A stretch of DNA of 64,000 bases from Eledone cirrhosa (Eukaryota), in contig OZ024740.1 of NCBI GenBank assembly GCA_964016885.1, forward strand, positions 68,634,001 to 68,698,000. The letters run 5' to 3'. Below are positions 60,989 to 64,000 of this stretch, piece by piece; position 1 is the stretch's first letter, and each line of letters starts with the position of its first letter. The notes beneath the pieces were generated by a model. That model did not search any database. It was not told the origin of the DNA and saw nothing but the letters and a program-made list of their open reading frames with translations. The position numbers were made by a program, and so were the translations under genes.

Positions 60989-63900
60989 TGACATGTAGTT
61001 TAAGGACAAGGCCAGCAAATTATTGGGGAGTAATTGACTAAGAGTTTATTACATTGACTTCGGAAGGATGAAATTCAAAGTTTACCGTGAGGAGATTTTA
61101 GCACAAAACGCATTCCGAAGATCTAACAATTCTGCCTAGCTATTGCTTTCCCACACGGCAACGGCTATTCAAGGCGGTGGATGGACAGAATTATCACTGT
61201 AGGTTAGAGTGCTTCAAAATATTCGTTGCTGCTCTTTGTGTACGAACTTCGCATGGTGCAAATTACTGAGGTTGCTTTCGTCTCTCATTTATTTTCTTTT
61301 TCCTTTCTATATGCCTGTGTGATTGCATATCTTTCCTTTGGTAAATCGTCTACGTTGCGCCATAAAAAGTGTTATTAGTTGTAACTCATGACGCTTAATT
61401 CCACAGCATTCAGACTGTTTGTGCGAGGGGATGTCAGAAACATCTTATATAAATAGAAATAATTGATATGTTCCTAGTATCAACCCAAAAAAACCGCACT
61501 TGTGTCGTATATATATATATATATATATAAGAATGTTTATATATATTTTGAATGTTTATTATCAAAGAATTATTCAATCAAATTCATTACACACCAATAC
61601 AACTGATTATTACTTATTGGACCGGGAGATGCGGCAGACAATATTTGGTGAATATTACAACTATTATTAAATTTACAAGGAATGCGTTGGACATCATGCT
61701 TTGCGGCTCTTTACATTCTGGGTTCAAATCCTCCAAGGTTAGTTTTGCCCTTCATCAAATATAAGTAACGCACTATAGTTGATTTAATCAACATTCCCAT
61801 ACTCTTCAAATTGTTGACCTTGTGCTAAATGTAGGAACAATTACTAGATTTACAAGGGCTCTTTTAAAAATGATAAACTTTAGAGATTTGATCATCTTTC
61901 TGCACTTAATTCTTCAACATTGATTTGTTGATTTCTACTTTCTGTATTCTTTCCAGATAAAGATGAAAGACAACAGACAATATTTTCAATTAATTGCACA
62001 TAAGCAAAAGTAACGAATCCTTCATTTTAATAACTGTGTATACAAATATGACATTTCTCTCAGATCTAAGAATTATGTATTCTAATTGATTGGACGCCAT
62101 TATCTAAATATAGCTGAAAAGCTTTCAACTCCATTCCATGGGGATCTACCGTCACATACTTCTAATAATTAAATCTTATTAGATATCTCGACATTAACTC
62201 ATTATTTGCTGGTACTGACTTAAATATGTCTTGTCAACATGTGCTGACTTACGAGAGTTTACCAAATGGTTACCTCTTGTAATAATTTCCTATGTTGAAA
62301 AATCTTTCATGATTAATCCGATATCAGTAAATTTTAAATTGTTGCTAACGTCTATACTACATGTTTCTGTCTGTGTAGATTTCATCATTTCTTATTTAAT
62401 TATTAACTCTACATATATCCCAATTATTATAATCCTAATCGTCAATAATTGACAATTTCCCTTCAGGTTATGTCGGAAAATCAATGCTAATATACAATTA
62501 TTACGGATAGATTTTTTGTATATGATTATTATATTTTGCCGTTAAAAGGCAAAAGGATTTGGCATACATGACCTAGGGGAAAACGACATTTTCTTGATGT
62601 GAATCAGGTATAATTATGATGAAAATCATTAGAATATGAAATGGCTCAATGAAATATTCACTGGTCCAAGTGCTGGAATCTGTCTGTATGTATGTATGTA
62701 TGTATGTATGTATGTATGTATGTATGTATGTATGTATGTATGTATGTATGTATGGTCGCATTTTCGGCGACTAAACCCGGCAAGCTCACCAAGTTTACTT
62801 GGTAATGAGGGTGATATTGAACATCCCGCAGGACAAAAAAAAAAAAACCTGACAAAAGAGGGAAAAACTCATGAGTCAACCGCCATCCAAATATATGTAA
62901 ATATGTATATCTGTATATACATGTATGCATGTGTATGTATACATACGGGACATATAAATAATTGGGTTGGATACCCAATCGCACGGTTAAGCCACTGGGA
63001 GTGAAGGGCCCCTAGCATTTGTCAGGGCATTCTTCTAGGAGAAGGCAACTCATGAAACTGGGATAATTCCGACATAAAACCTGCAGCTCAGTAGTTACTG
63101 ATAATGTTGATCTTATCTTCTTTTCGGGTTATAACTGCTGTCGCTCAGAGAGTGGGATTGGCTCAGTGCACAGTCTTTCCTCACTTTAAAAAACATCTTC
63201 ACGCACAGGCATTGTACGATTGAATTAATTAATAATTATTAATAATGGTATATCGTGCAATGGCCATACTCGATAACGAGGGCGCAGTCATCATGTATGT
63301 ATGTACCCGTAACTCCTGCTAGATCGGCGAGGCGCTAAAGTGTCATACGGTGTTTATTGGGCATTTTAAAATCTTGACTGAGCCCACCACCTCTCCTGGT
63401 CTAAACATAACAGATTTCATCCAGAGACGGAGGAGAGAAATATACAATGTGATAGAGAGAAAGTGCAGAGGAAATATACATGAAGTATCAACCTCTGTTA
63501 TGGACTGGTAATTATTTTATCGACTTCGAAATTATGAAAGGCGAAGATGATCTCGGCGAGATTGAACACGGTGGAGAGAGTCGGAACAAACAGAGTAAAT
63601 CTGTCAATCCGGCATTCTAAAAACTCTGCCAATTTGGCTTCTATTTCATAGTTAAGAGATTAGCAAAACAGGAAATTTTTCGTTAGATTTTCTTATTGCA
63701 TCATTCTGTACATATACAATTTCTTCTGTAATGTATAGAGAATTGGTGAAAGAGGACAAAATAAATTATTCTTAGACTGAGGACATGTACAAACGCCCAC
63801 AATATAATGAATTCTGCTAAGGACATTCAAAATTGTATATAATGGATACTGCTGAAGATGCCTATCAGCCATTGATCTTAAATCTGACAACAGCCGAATT

Positions 63901-64000
63901 ATATCACCTATCAATAGGTACATGGCAGCGGTTGAGTCTAGGTTAGACGCTATCTCATAAGCAGCCTGTACTTGTTCTCACGATCGGCAAAATCTAGTAT

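Overview
Eukaryotic, AT-rich, microsatellite-dense genomic DNA, most likely from an octopod cephalopod (inferred from the repeat landscape, not proven). One host gene is visible: the first coding exon of a heparan-sulfate 3-O-sulfotransferase (HS3ST; + strand, CDS 36287-37641), followed by an intron whose next exon I cannot find in the window. The rest is dominated by Penelope-like retroelements (PLEs): four decayed RT and/or GIY-YIG copies, plus many short non-coding relatives sitting in (TA)n tracts. The most striking signal is more than 20 type I hammerhead ribozyme (HHR) motifs, intact or degenerate, from about ten unrelated sequence families. They usually occur as fold-back units with a ribozyme copy on each strand, and several have unusually enlarged stem II domains. 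The best case is a very young 1.76-kb insertion (45994-47751) inside the HS3ST intron. It has ~5.7 apparently identical 310-bp units arranged head-to-head, six HHR copies (three per strand) and a 12-bp target-site duplication, consistent with a retrozyme-like circular RNA copied by rolling reverse transcription. RTE and CRE LINE fragments, SINE-like repeats and a small Tc1/mariner-type MITE are also present. All RNA structures were paired by eye; no folding or database search was run.
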